IMG/VR virus record: IMGVR_UViG_3300006790_000048
Location: 1 to 37,422 of that record
DNA length: 37,422 nt
Strand: one strand, 5' to 3'
DNA from: a virus
Taxonomy: Duplodnaviria > Caudoviricetes
Shown here: positions 8,796 to 15,875 of the stretch, in pieces
Position numbering within the stretch: the first letter of the stretch is position 1
How the letters are laid out: the number at the start of each line of letters is the position of its first letter
Notes under the pieces: generated by a model
The model's input: only the letters and a program-made list of their open reading frames with translations
The model's database searches: none
What the model was told of the DNA's origin: nothing
Position numbers and translations under genes: made by a program

Positions 8796-9282
8796 TGTCC
8801 TCTACCTTTGGCATTGGTCTTGCAGGTCTGAGCTTTGCACGTTCCATCTTTAGTTTCTTAACCTGTAATGGTAATGCTGAATCTTGTAACATCTTGAATG
8901 AATCCAGTTTAATCTCATGTCTTGTCCTTGCAAACTTTAAGTATAGTTCCTTGTCCATTTCATCCAGACCTTTATCCCTTTCATTCTTCATGATTTCCTC
9001 TAGTGCTGCAACGTCATTCTCAAAGCCTAAACGTGCCCTTATGAACTCTCCAATATAGGTATCCATTGCATCCTCGTTTATGCTGTTTTCCATTTCCTCC
9101 TGGATTTGTTTAACATGGTAGTGTATGCCTGCTGGACTAGTCTTTCCAAACTTGGACATTAGTTCTGTGTCCTTGTTTATTTGGTCGCTAATCTGATATG
9201 CATTTCTGCCAAAGAACATCCATTGGCTGCTTACATATTCGTGTAACTCTTTGGATTTCTCTGGGCCTCTACTTCTTGTCAT
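8779..9282 (-). CDS. terS: Probable terminase small subunit (likely start ATG 9282)
   Basis: Immediately upstream of and overlapping terL; N-terminal HTH-like segment then helical region. Start revised because 9269-9436 holds a separate ORF. Confidence 0.65.
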   Translation of the reverse strand: MTRSRGPEKSKELHEYVSSQWMFFGRNAYQISDQINKDTELMSKFGKTSPAGIHYHVKQIQEEMENSINEDAMDTYIGEFIRARLGFENDVAALEEIMKNERDKGLDEMDKELYLKFARTRHEIKLDSFKMLQDSALPLQVKKLKMERAKLRPARPMPKVEDNGVSE

Positions 9283-9436
9283 AAAATCCCCTATAAGCTT
9301 CATCCATTTCGCATTGCAAACATGAATCAAAAAAACAAGGTTTATTACATCTTCTACAAGTATTAATATCTCGTAAATAGTCCTTGCCACTAAACGACTT
9401 TTTTAATCCATTAATAAAATTAGTTAAGAAACCCAA
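9269..9436 (-). CDS. 55-aa Zn-ribbon microprotein (TTG start; not in ORF track)
   Basis: MGFLTNFINGLKKSFSGKDYLRDINTCRRCNKPCFFDSCLQCEMDEAYRGFYDKK; overlaps both neighbours. Confidence 0.65.
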   Translation of the reverse strand: MGFLTNFINGLKKSFSGKDYLRDINTCRRCNKPCFFDSCLQCEMDEAYRGFYDKK

Positions 9437-10203
9437 TCTTTCAAAAACCTCTCCACCACGTACTTAGCTCCATGTACTATTAAAAGCTTTCGGTCTAGCA
9501 GGTTTCCATCCTTATCATGGACATCCATACCCAAAGCCAAAGCCTGTAATCCTGTGCACGAAGGGTATGGTAAGGTTCTTGGCGGATCATCGTATGTGAA
9601 CTTTATGTCAACATAGTCAGTATATTGTGTAAGAAAATCAGGCATATCCTGATATCTTATGAAATTGTTATTGTTTCTCTCAAAGTATTCTATATCTGGG
9701 TATCTTTCCCTTATCCTTTTTTCTATAAACTTTCTGTCATTTTTACGGTTTATGCAAAGATATGTTCTTTTCTCTTCGGGTTCGTATTTTATGTCATAAA
9801 ATAATTCCAAGTCTACCATGTTTGGCAAGTATGTTGCGTTAGGCATTTGCTCCCACAAGTCCTGGGTAGTAATATAACATGGCCATTTACTATATTTGTC
9901 AATATCCTTTTGAGCCATGTTCCTGAGTTTGGAGCCATGAAATACGAAGATAAGTTTGCTTGGTGTAAAATGATATTTGAATTCTACAAAGTCGTGAATG
10001 ATAACATAGTCATATTCAGGTTCTAATTCTATAGCCCTTCTAATCAGGTCGTTAACATCACTGAACTTTTCTGTTACGCCATAATGTTCTGTAAAGCCAA
10101 ACGGATCCAGATTGTCTAATTGTAATACCTTGTCACCAGCACCATACTTGCACATCATTTCAGCAATTCCAGCCATTGAGAACAAGTGTAGGAATCGAGG
10201 CAT
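9424..10203 (-). CDS. Glycosyltransferase, GT-B/GT4-like (likely start ATG 10203)
   Basis: MPRFLHLFSMAG, VIIHD, FVFHGSKLR, YLPNMVDLELF, SCTGLQALALG. Confidence 0.7.
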   Translation of the reverse strand: MPRFLHLFSMAGIAEMMCKYGAGDKVLQLDNLDPFGFTEHYGVTEKFSDVNDLIRRAIELEPEYDYVIIHDFVEFKYHFTPSKLIFVFHGSKLRNMAQKDIDKYSKWPCYITTQDLWEQMPNATYLPNMVDLELFYDIKYEPEEKRTYLCINRKNDRKFIEKRIRERYPDIEYFERNNNNFIRYQDMPDFLTQYTDYVDIKFTYDDPPRTLPYPSCTGLQALALGMDVHDKDGNLLDRKLLIVHGAKYVVERFLKDWVS

Positions 10204-10240
10204 GGATAGATTTATATGTAAGTAATACCTTATAAACATT
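10204..10240. promoter_or_regulatory. Compact bidirectional TATA promoter
   Basis: TTTATATG (+) and TTTATAAG (-) within the 37 bp between divergent ATGs 10203 and 10241. Confidence 0.6.
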
Positions 10241-10573
10241 ATGCAATGTTGTAATTTTAACTGCGGTGCACACGCATGGGGTAAACGCATAAGATGTGCA
10301 AATTGCAGAAGAAAAGATATCAACTTGTGTTGTGACTGTGATGCTCCTACGACTCGCAGGGCTTTTTACTGTACAAGCTGTAGAGACAACCACAGAGAGA
10401 CAATGTTAAAGGCCTTTCATGAAGGCAGAGCAGGAGAGTTTCCTGAATGTCAAATGTGCTTTAAGACATTGCCTAAACGACACATGAAACGCTGTCTTGA
10501 CGGAGAGTGTAAAAGAATATACACTAACCTGGATCAAGTAGTTAGGCGTGGTAGAAAATATATCACAAACTAA
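10241..10573 (+). CDS. Multi-CxxC zinc-finger protein
   Basis: Several CxxC pairs in 110 aa; followed by an oligo-T terminator. Confidence 0.75.
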   Translation: MQCCNFNCGAHAWGKRIRCANCRRKDINLCCDCDAPTTRRAFYCTSCRDNHRETMLKAFHEGRAGEFPECQMCFKTLPKRHMKRCLDGECKRIYTNLDQVVRRGRKYITN

Positions 10574-10574
10574 C

Positions 10575-10597
10575 TTTTTTTTATTTTTCTAAAAAAA
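10575..10597. terminator. Bidirectional oligo-T terminator
   Basis: T8 and T5 runs on +, then A7 (T7 on -), between convergent units. Confidence 0.6.
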
Positions 10598-10693
10598 GAA
10601 CGAGGAGATAACGTCTCTACGCTTTTCTCCCATTAACTAGTCAATACACCTTAAGTGGGCTACCGTTTTAGGGTAATCCCAGACAGGCGTACC
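10591..10693 (-). ncRNA. Candidate ~100-nt structured non-coding RNA
   Basis: BRE-TATA GAAACACTTATATA at 10712-10725, T7 terminator, stems UACGCCU/AGGUGUA, UGGG/CCCA, UUACC/GGUAG; only an 11-codon ORF. Confidence 0.5.
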
Positions 10694-10724
10694 ATATATA
10701 GGAGATAGTAATATATAAGTGTTT

Positions 10725-10853
10725 CTATTTGTTACAATCGACACAGTGTCTATCATGTTGTTTATGGAACTTGCATTTTACCTTTGGTTTCTCAACCTTT
10801 TTTGGTTCCCCAAATGACGGACTTGGTTTCTTGCTTTTCTTAAAGTAAGACAT
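10725..10853 (-). CDS. 42-aa basic Zn-binding microprotein (not in ORF track)
   Basis: MSYFKKSKKPSPSFGEPKKVEKPKVKCKFHKQHDRHCVDCNK; TTTATATA box about 30 nt upstream. Confidence 0.65.
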   Translation of the reverse strand: MSYFKKSKKPSPSFGEPKKVEKPKVKCKFHKQHDRHCVDCNK

Positions 10854-10947
10854 ATCTTTCAAAGTCTAAAAATACTATATAAACAGTATTGAAGCCCGAA
10901 GGGCTTCTTACCGAGGAAGTTATAGCAATGCACGGAAGCTATATAAA

Positions 10948-11104
10948 GCTAATTAAGGATGAGAAAAACATAAGAAATGTCCTTAATTAGCAAAGACTAC
11001 TATAACGGCGTTATATTATACTATACACTATATATCTGCTATTTACAGATTATTCTATAATCTTTTGTGTCCTTAATTAGCAATATATACTGTCCTTAAT
11101 TAGC
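10948..11104. repeat. Four copies of (TG)TCCTTAATTAGC (one inverted), iteron- or operator-like
   Basis: Inverted copy at 10948-10959; direct copies at 10978-10991, 11068-11081 and 11091-11104. Confidence 0.9.
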
Positions 11105-11139
11105 GAAACGTTTATATCATCAAGCATAGATAGTATGGC

Positions 11140-11346
11140 ATGGTAAGAGAACATTGGCAACAAGCTTCTGAGAATGTCCGTTATTGGGATAAGTGTATCA
11201 AAAATTGCGGAAAAGTAATCCGCAATAAAGCACATCCTGGAACCGCCTTTTATTGGAAAAAATACAGACTTTGCAGAAAGTGTTTCTTGGCAACACATGA
11301 AGGTCAAGACTATGAGATGCGTAAAGGCAAGGTGGTTAAGAAATGA
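11140..11346 (+). CDS. Zn-ribbon protein
   Basis: CIKNC...W...CRKC; BRE-TATA CGAAACGTTTATAT at 11104-11117. Confidence 0.7.
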   Translation: MVREHWQQASENVRYWDKCIKNCGKVIRNKAHPGTAFYWKKYRLCRKCFLATHEGQDYEMRKGKVVKK

Positions 11347-11501
11347 GATGCAAACTTTGCGGAATCTGTATGCACGTCAAAGGCCGCAAGCATAGTTGGG
11401 ATGTGGCACAACACTGTCCGAACTGTCACTTTATGGGTCGCGTGCCTAGAGGAAGAAATTGGAAAGACTATGACCGCAAGGTTTATAACCCTGAGCAGTA
11501 G
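11343..11501 (+). CDS. 52-aa Zn-ribbon microprotein (not in ORF track)
   Basis: MRCKLCGICMHVKGRKHSWDVAQHCPNCHF...; ATGA overlap with the upstream gene. Confidence 0.7.
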   Translation: MRCKLCGICMHVKGRKHSWDVAQHCPNCHFMGRVPRGRNWKDYDRKVYNPEQ

Positions 11502-11510
11502 GAGATAATC

Positions 11511-11753
11511 ATGTTATCTAACCGCGAGAAAGAGTTATGCACACTTGCCTATTATCAGGGCACTTGTGACAACCAATTATTGAGTAATCCTAAAGAGAAC
11601 GAGCAAGTCGTTCGTGAAGCAGTCAAAGTAGCCACAGAGAAAGTCCTGGAAGAATTAGGCCTGCACTTGCCTGATGCTACTGAGTTTAACGCATTTATGG
11701 ATGAGTTAGACGAAATAACCAAGATTCTGTTAAAAGAAATGCCACCAGAGTAG
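11511..11753 (+). CDS. Acidic hypothetical protein
   Basis: AGGAG SD-like site upstream; in operon. Confidence 0.7.
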   Translation: MLSNREKELCTLAYYQGTCDNQLLSNPKENEQVVREAVKVATEKVLEELGLHLPDATEFNAFMDELDEITKILLKEMPPE

Positions 11754-11755
11754 TC

Positions 11756-11845
11756 ATGGCTCGTTGTCCTCGTTGCAAGCGTAGAGTCAATAATCCTTGG
11801 CAAGAGTGTGACGAATGTATTATCAATTTTTGGGCGGAAACATGA
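11756..11845 (+). CDS. 29-aa Zn-ribbon microprotein (not in ORF track)
   Basis: MARCPRCKRRVNNPWQECDECIINFWAET. Confidence 0.55.
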   Translation: MARCPRCKRRVNNPWQECDECIINFWAET

Positions 11846-11863
11846 GAGTCTTTAGACTTCGAC

Positions 11864-12172
11864 TTTGGCGGATAAGTCTTATTTTTCAATTTGGCGGATA
11901 AGTATTAGTCCAGCCTAATAACCAATTTCGGAATTTTTTTGCGGCTTTAAAAAACGGCTTTTCCCCATATATAAGTGTTTCTGTGGCGGGTGCGTTTTTT
12001 TAGGCCAACGATAGATTTATATGTAACTATCCCTAGGCATGGCCAGGGGGGGTATTTAAGTACGGTACTTTCAGGTACTTAAATAGGCCAGAGTATTTAA
12101 GTACGGTACGCTTAGGTACATTACCTTAGGCCAAAAATAGGCCAAACGGCACTTTATCTACGCATTGGCCTA
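11864..12172. repeat. Repeat cluster in the long non-coding region
   Basis: TTTGGCGGATAAGT x2 (11864, 11890); GTATTTAAGTACGGTAC x2 (12052, 12093) plus an inverted 11-mer (12075); TAGGCCA x4 plus one inverted; G7 run at 12046. Confidence 0.85.
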
Positions 12173-12324
12173 ATATAAATGTTTAATCCAGGTCATTGAG
12201 TATATAAAGCAACGAAAGGTATATATATGGCCTTAATCTATATAGTTGGATAGTGTGCCTATATAGCACACAAGGAATCTATTTAGAACGAAACGTTTAT
12301 ATAGGGAAGAGTTGCTGTCCTCTT

Positions 12325-12420
12325 GAATAAATAAGTGGAAGTAATAAAGTAACTAGGCGTGACACGCCTATGACTTTATGATAAACAGTTAGGTGTGGCT
12401 TAACCAAGTTTCCCACGTCT
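12325..12420 (+). ncRNA. Candidate structured RNA or 5' leader
   Basis: BRE-TATA at 12289-12304; stems ATAAAGT/ACTTTAT, TAGGCGT/ACGCCTA, GTTAGG/CTTAAC, GTGG/CCAC. Confidence 0.4.
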
Positions 12421-12663
12421 CACGCACCCTGATAAGGCCTACATGTGTATTATTAGTATCTCTATACTAACCTAACTATACTATCTAATACTCATGCCTA
12501 TTATAAGTCTTACTGTTATTGCTATAGGTGTTTTAATTCCTTATCTCTATTCTCTCTATCTATACCCCTGGACTTATGGGATATTGCCACATCATTAGTT
12601 ATGTGTGGGTGTGTGTAGTTAGGTGTAGCTAATATAAATAAAAAGGTGTGGACTTTAAAAAAA

Positions 12664-12834
12664 TTACAAGTCCTTTAATTCTAAGGTTGGATTTTCCATT
12701 AATGCATCGTTGATATCATGTGCATTAGTTCTTTGTTGTCCTTGTGTGATTTTAGCCTCATAAGCTTTTGCATTTTGTGCTTTTTGCTCTGTGGTTAAAT
12801 CATCACAATTCCAATTTAAGAAATCTGTTGACAT
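12664..12834 (-). CDS. 56-aa putative early microprotein (not in ORF track)
   Basis: MSTDFLNWNCDDLTTEQKAQ...LELKDL; own promoter and T-run terminator. Confidence 0.75.
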   Translation of the reverse strand: MSTDFLNWNCDDLTTEQKAQNAKAYEAKITQGQQRTNAHDINDALMENPTLELKDL

Positions 12835-12932
12835 ATCTATAGTATGTCTTATCCCTTTAATATATCTTTCTCTATGTTAAACGTTGATGTTTATCGTTGT
12901 TGACTTTGATAAAAATAAGAAAAAAGTATAGA

Positions 12933-13085
12933 TTAAAGCTCTATACCTTTGAGTTTGGCATATTGTGCCTGGTGTTTACAATGGTCTTTTTTGCCAGTAG
13001 CCACACGATATTTATAGTCGTTGCAAGTACAATGGCCTATTGTCACTGTATACCATTCTTGTTTGTTGCTAGATTGAATCTGCAT
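12933..13085 (-). CDS. 50-aa stand-alone SWIM zinc-finger protein (not in ORF track)
   Basis: WYTVTIGHCTCNDYKYR...CKHQ matches the SWIM CxC...CxH signature; own promoter. Confidence 0.8.
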   Translation of the reverse strand: MQIQSSNKQEWYTVTIGHCTCNDYKYRVATGKKDHCKHQAQYAKLKGIEL

Positions 13086-13110
13086 ACTCTAGTATATTCT
13101 ATTCCTTATA

Positions 13111-13395
13111 TTAATCTTCCTCTGTGATTGTTAACTCTCTAACATATCCGTATTTTGGTTTTTTACTACCTTTGTAAATATTACCAGATTTATAAATTTG
13201 TTCTAATTGCTCTTTACTATATTTTGGTATATCCTCAACGTGATATTGTTTACCGTTCTTAGTCCATGTAATACCTCCGTCTCTGTATACTTTATCAGAG
13301 ACCTCTTTTTTGATAGCATTGATTACTAAATCTCTGCTTTGGCCTAAATATCCTGCATTGCCAGTTTTACAGATTGTTATATCAAACTTAATCAT
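13111..13395 (-). CDS. Putative early hypothetical protein
   Basis: 94 aa; preceded by the repeated promoter. Confidence 0.75.
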   Translation of the reverse strand: MIKFDITICKTGNAGYLGQSRDLVINAIKKEVSDKVYRDGGITWTKNGKQYHVEDIPKYSKEQLEQIYKSGNIYKGSKKPKYGYVRELTITEED

Positions 13396-13434
13396 ACCTA
13401 TACTATGTATTATTCCTTATATTAATCTTTCTTT
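13396..13434 (-). promoter_or_regulatory. Repeated BRE-TATA leaderless promoter
   Basis: 35/39 identical to 13756-13794; related copies at 12835-12872 and 13086-13122. Confidence 0.85.
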
Positions 13435-13458
13435 TGTGGACTTTGATAAAAAAAGATA

Positions 13459-13581
13459 TTAGTTGTTAAAATGGCTAAAGCATTTTTTACTGTTATCCAT
13501 AAAACATCTAATACGATTGCAGTTTTTATTAGTACATTGCATTTCTTTTGGGCAATGATCATCAAACCAAATTTCATTCAT
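13459..13581 (-). CDS. 40-aa Cys-rich microprotein (not in ORF track)
   Basis: MNEIWFDDHCPKEMQCTNKNCNRIRCFMDNSKKCFSHFNN; GGAG upstream. Confidence 0.6.
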   Translation of the reverse strand: MNEIWFDDHCPKEMQCTNKNCNRIRCFMDNSKKCFSHFNN

Positions 13582-13584
13582 GAT

Positions 13585-13755
13585 TTATCTCTCCAATAAC
13601 TCCTTTTCTTCATTGGTTATCACTCTTGCATCTTCGTTTTGAATAAATGCTATTTGCTCAAGTTGTGTGAACTCATGGAGGCTTTGACCCATTCTTTCAG
13701 TTGTAAATTCATTTGCTTTGATTTCTGCTTCAATTCGTGCTTGTGATTTTGTCAT
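13585..13755 (-). CDS. 56-aa acidic putative early microprotein (not in ORF track)
   Basis: MTKSQARIEAEIKANEF...KELLER; repeated promoter upstream. Confidence 0.75.
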   Translation of the reverse strand: MTKSQARIEAEIKANEFTTERMGQSLHEFTQLEQIAFIQNEDARVITNEEKELLER

Positions 13756-13794
13756 ACCTATACTATATCTTATCCCTTATATTAACCTTTCTTT
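13756..13794 (-). promoter_or_regulatory. Repeated BRE-TATA leaderless promoter
   Basis: AAAGAAAGGTTAATATAAGGGATAAGATATAGTATAGGT-ATG. Confidence 0.85.
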
Positions 13795-13823
13795 ATGATA
13801 AAAAATAGAAAAAATGTGTTAGT

Positions 13824-14030
13824 TTAAGCTAACATCATTGTGAGTGCCATTAATGCATATAATGCAATAGATACGGCACTTAGACCAATTCCCAGGATTA
13901 GGCCAGTTCTAGCAGTATCTGGGTTGGTGTCCTTGTTGATTGCCCAAAATATCACGCCTCCAATGATACCAAAGAAAATTGGTAAAAGCCATTGGATAGG
14001 GCTTATTTTGGTCTCTTGTCTAATAGACAT
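13824..14030 (-). CDS. Small two-TM membrane protein
   Basis: WLLPIFFGIIGGVIFW...ARTGLILGIGLS; own TATA promoter. Confidence 0.75.
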   Translation of the reverse strand: MSIRQETKISPIQWLLPIFFGIIGGVIFWAINKDTNPDTARTGLILGIGLSAVSIALYALMALTMMLA

Positions 14031-14054
14031 AGTTATACATGATATTATCCTTAT

Positions 14055-14657
14055 TTATATCTTTGGGTGTATGAATAAATATTGTGCTTGGCCTAAATTA
14101 TCCCTTGCTTCAATACTGATTATGCCTGTATTATTGCCTTGAATACCTAGGGTAAAATGCTGATATTTGTCTCCTAATCCTAAGCCTATCCAACTTAATG
14201 ATATGTCTCCTACCTGGTTTAATCCTATTAACTTATTTTCTCTAAAGTCTAAGCTTATCTTATCCTTTGAGTATGGCGTTTTGTCCTCATAAGGTACGTT
14301 AAACCATAATCTTAATTCTGATATTCCATGAATTGAGAAAGTGTTAATCTCTAGTGTGTTACTATCTGTTAATGTGGTATTTGCCAAAGTCCTCCAGTTA
14401 TTATCTATGGTAGAGTTTATGCTATTAATCCTAATTCCTGTCTCTATTTCTTGCTGATATGTACGCCAATTTAATCCAAAAGTAGGCCTATCTAGATAAT
14501 CGTCATTGTCACTATTGCTCTTTTTCTTTATTATTGGCTCTTGTACTATGTCCTTTTTCTTTGGTTTTTTGTCTTTGTCTTTTTTGCCTTCTGCATAATC
14601 AATTAATGGGATAAATAATAAAGATAATACCAATGCGATTAATAAAATTCGCTTCAT
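14055..14657 (-). CDS. Secreted/surface protein
   Basis: Signal peptide (MKRILLIALVLSLLFIPLIDYAEG), Lys-rich linker, beta-rich domain starting at RPTFGLNW. Confidence 0.7.
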   Translation of the reverse strand: MKRILLIALVLSLLFIPLIDYAEGKKDKDKKPKKKDIVQEPIIKKKSNSDNDDYLDRPTFGLNWRTYQQEIETGIRINSINSTIDNNWRTLANTTLTDSNTLEINTFSIHGISELRLWFNVPYEDKTPYSKDKISLDFRENKLIGLNQVGDISLSWIGLGLGDKYQHFTLGIQGNNTGIISIEARDNLGQAQYLFIHPKI

Positions 14658-14661
14658 TGGT

Positions 14662-14769
14662 TTAATCTTCGTATTGGCTATTTATATAGTTTTTTAAGGA
14701 ATCTGCTAGGCAAGCACCTATAACTATTGCAATGCCTATGATACTACCAGCCATAAAGTATTCAAACAT
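14662..14769 (-). CDS. 35-aa single-TM microprotein
   Basis: MFEYFMAGSIIGIAIVIGACLADSLKNYINSQYED; TAATG-coupled. Confidence 0.6.
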   Translation of the reverse strand: MFEYFMAGSIIGIAIVIGACLADSLKNYINSQYED

Positions 14770-14876
14770 TAGTTCCATCCATCCCCTTGATGCCTACATG
14801 TTATATTATAAGGTACTCCACATGTTTTACTATCACAAGTGAAAATAGCCTCACAGTCTGGGCATTTATGTTCCAT
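14769..14876 (-). CDS. 35-aa Cys-rich microprotein
   Basis: MEHKCPDCEAIFTCDSKTCGVPYNITCRHQGDGWN; TAATG-coupled. Confidence 0.65.
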   Translation of the reverse strand: MEHKCPDCEAIFTCDSKTCGVPYNITCRHQGDGWN

Positions 14877-14938
14877 TATTTCAAGTCCTCCATATCATCC
14901 CAGAGTAATTCTTTAAGGAATTGTAAGACTTTATGCAT
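14876..14938 (-). CDS. 20-aa peptide
   Basis: MHKVLQFLKELLWDDMEDLK; TAATG-coupled on both sides, GGAGG upstream. Confidence 0.55.
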   Translation of the reverse strand: MHKVLQFLKELLWDDMEDLK

Positions 14939-15084
14939 TAGGCCTCATCCTCCTTGATTTGTACCAAGTCTTCCTTGTCTAACATATCACACAATAAAGA
15001 ATGGTCAAAGTCTTCACTTGTTGTATAGTATGTTCTATTCCCTTCGTCGTCCTCTTCATAAAATGATATCTTATGTAGAAACAT
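14938..15084 (-). CDS. 48-aa highly acidic microprotein
   Basis: MFLHKISFYEEDDEGNRTYY...KEDEA; TAATG-coupled. Confidence 0.65.
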   Translation of the reverse strand: MFLHKISFYEEDDEGNRTYYTTSEDFDHSLLCDMLDKEDLVQIKEDEA

Positions 15085-15263
15085 TATTTCAAGTCTCCCA
15101 ATACTTTGTCGTTGGCATCGACCATATCTTCTATTTTCTTAGTTAGCTCACTAATCATATTTTCAAGTGTTGTGCTAACTTCTTCTACTACTGCCTGGTC
15201 GTTAACGTCGTAAACAAGGCTTAATGCCTCGTTCAATGTTTGTTGTTGTTCTAACATATTCAT
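15084..15263 (-). CDS. 59-aa acidic helical microprotein
   Basis: MNMLEQQQTLNEALSLVYDV...; TTTATATA box about 30 nt upstream. Confidence 0.7.
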   Translation of the reverse strand: MNMLEQQQTLNEALSLVYDVNDQAVVEEVSTTLENMISELTKKIEDMVDANDKVLGDLK

Positions 15264-15362
15264 ACAGTATCTTAGGATAATTCCATATATAAAGCTAGTT
15301 AACGTTCTATAATCTTAGAATGAGAGATTGATTTATATCCTCCTTATTCTTATAATTCTATA

Positions 15363-15755
15363 ATGTTGAACCAAAAACAACAACAAAGACTTGAAGAATT
15401 GAAAAGTATCAATATCTTAGAGTGGACTGATAAAGATTGGCTGCTTAGAGATACACAAAGAGACTTAGAACTTTCTGAAGAGTTGAAACAAGAATTGAAA
15501 GGAAAAACCGTTTATACGATTCTTAGAAGCGTTAGTGCTTCTGGTATGAATCGTGTAATTGATATGTTTTATGTCAAAGGTGGAAGTCCTATAACAATTC
15601 ATTACTCAACCAACAAAGTCTTCAACAAAAGAGACGGAAAAAGAGAAGGTTACAAAGTAAGCGGATGTGGCATGGATATGGGTTTTAGCCTAGTATCTAA
15701 TCTAGCATCTCACTTATTTGATGATTATAAGCTCATCCGTCAAGAGTGGATTTAA
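15363..15755 (+). CDS. Conserved viral hypothetical protein
   Basis: TVYTILRSVSASGMNR...GCGMDMGF motif that I recall from phage hypothetical proteins; own TATA promoter. Confidence 0.75.
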   Translation: MLNQKQQQRLEELKSINILEWTDKDWLLRDTQRDLELSEELKQELKGKTVYTILRSVSASGMNRVIDMFYVKGGSPITIHYSTNKVFNKRDGKREGYKVSGCGMDMGFSLVSNLASHLFDDYKLIRQEWI

Positions 15756-15875
15756 CAACATAGACTAAAGGACGTCGGCTATTCGCAATAAAGAATAGAC
15801 ATCATTGGAAATCGGGACAAATCCTTAATTCCCCTTAGGCTTAGGTTAATCCTTACCTTTTTATTTTATTTTCAT

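Noticed and set aside
9283-10323. Long N-terminal extensions given by the ORF track for TerS (9390) and the glycosyltransferase (10323)
   Set aside because: They overlap better-supported genes and promoters; ATG 9282 and ATG 10203 fit better.
10948-12172. Repeats considered as a mini-CRISPR array
   Set aside because: Repeats are only 7-17 bp with irregular spacing and mixed orientation; no cas genes.
12378-12432. Possible C/D box sRNA (ATGATAA ... CTGA)
   Set aside because: The C box is imperfect, and no internal D'/C' boxes or terminal stem are evident.
12897-13127. 76-aa + strand ORF in the track
   Set aside because: Antisense to the SWIM-finger gene, which has a clear promoter and motif.
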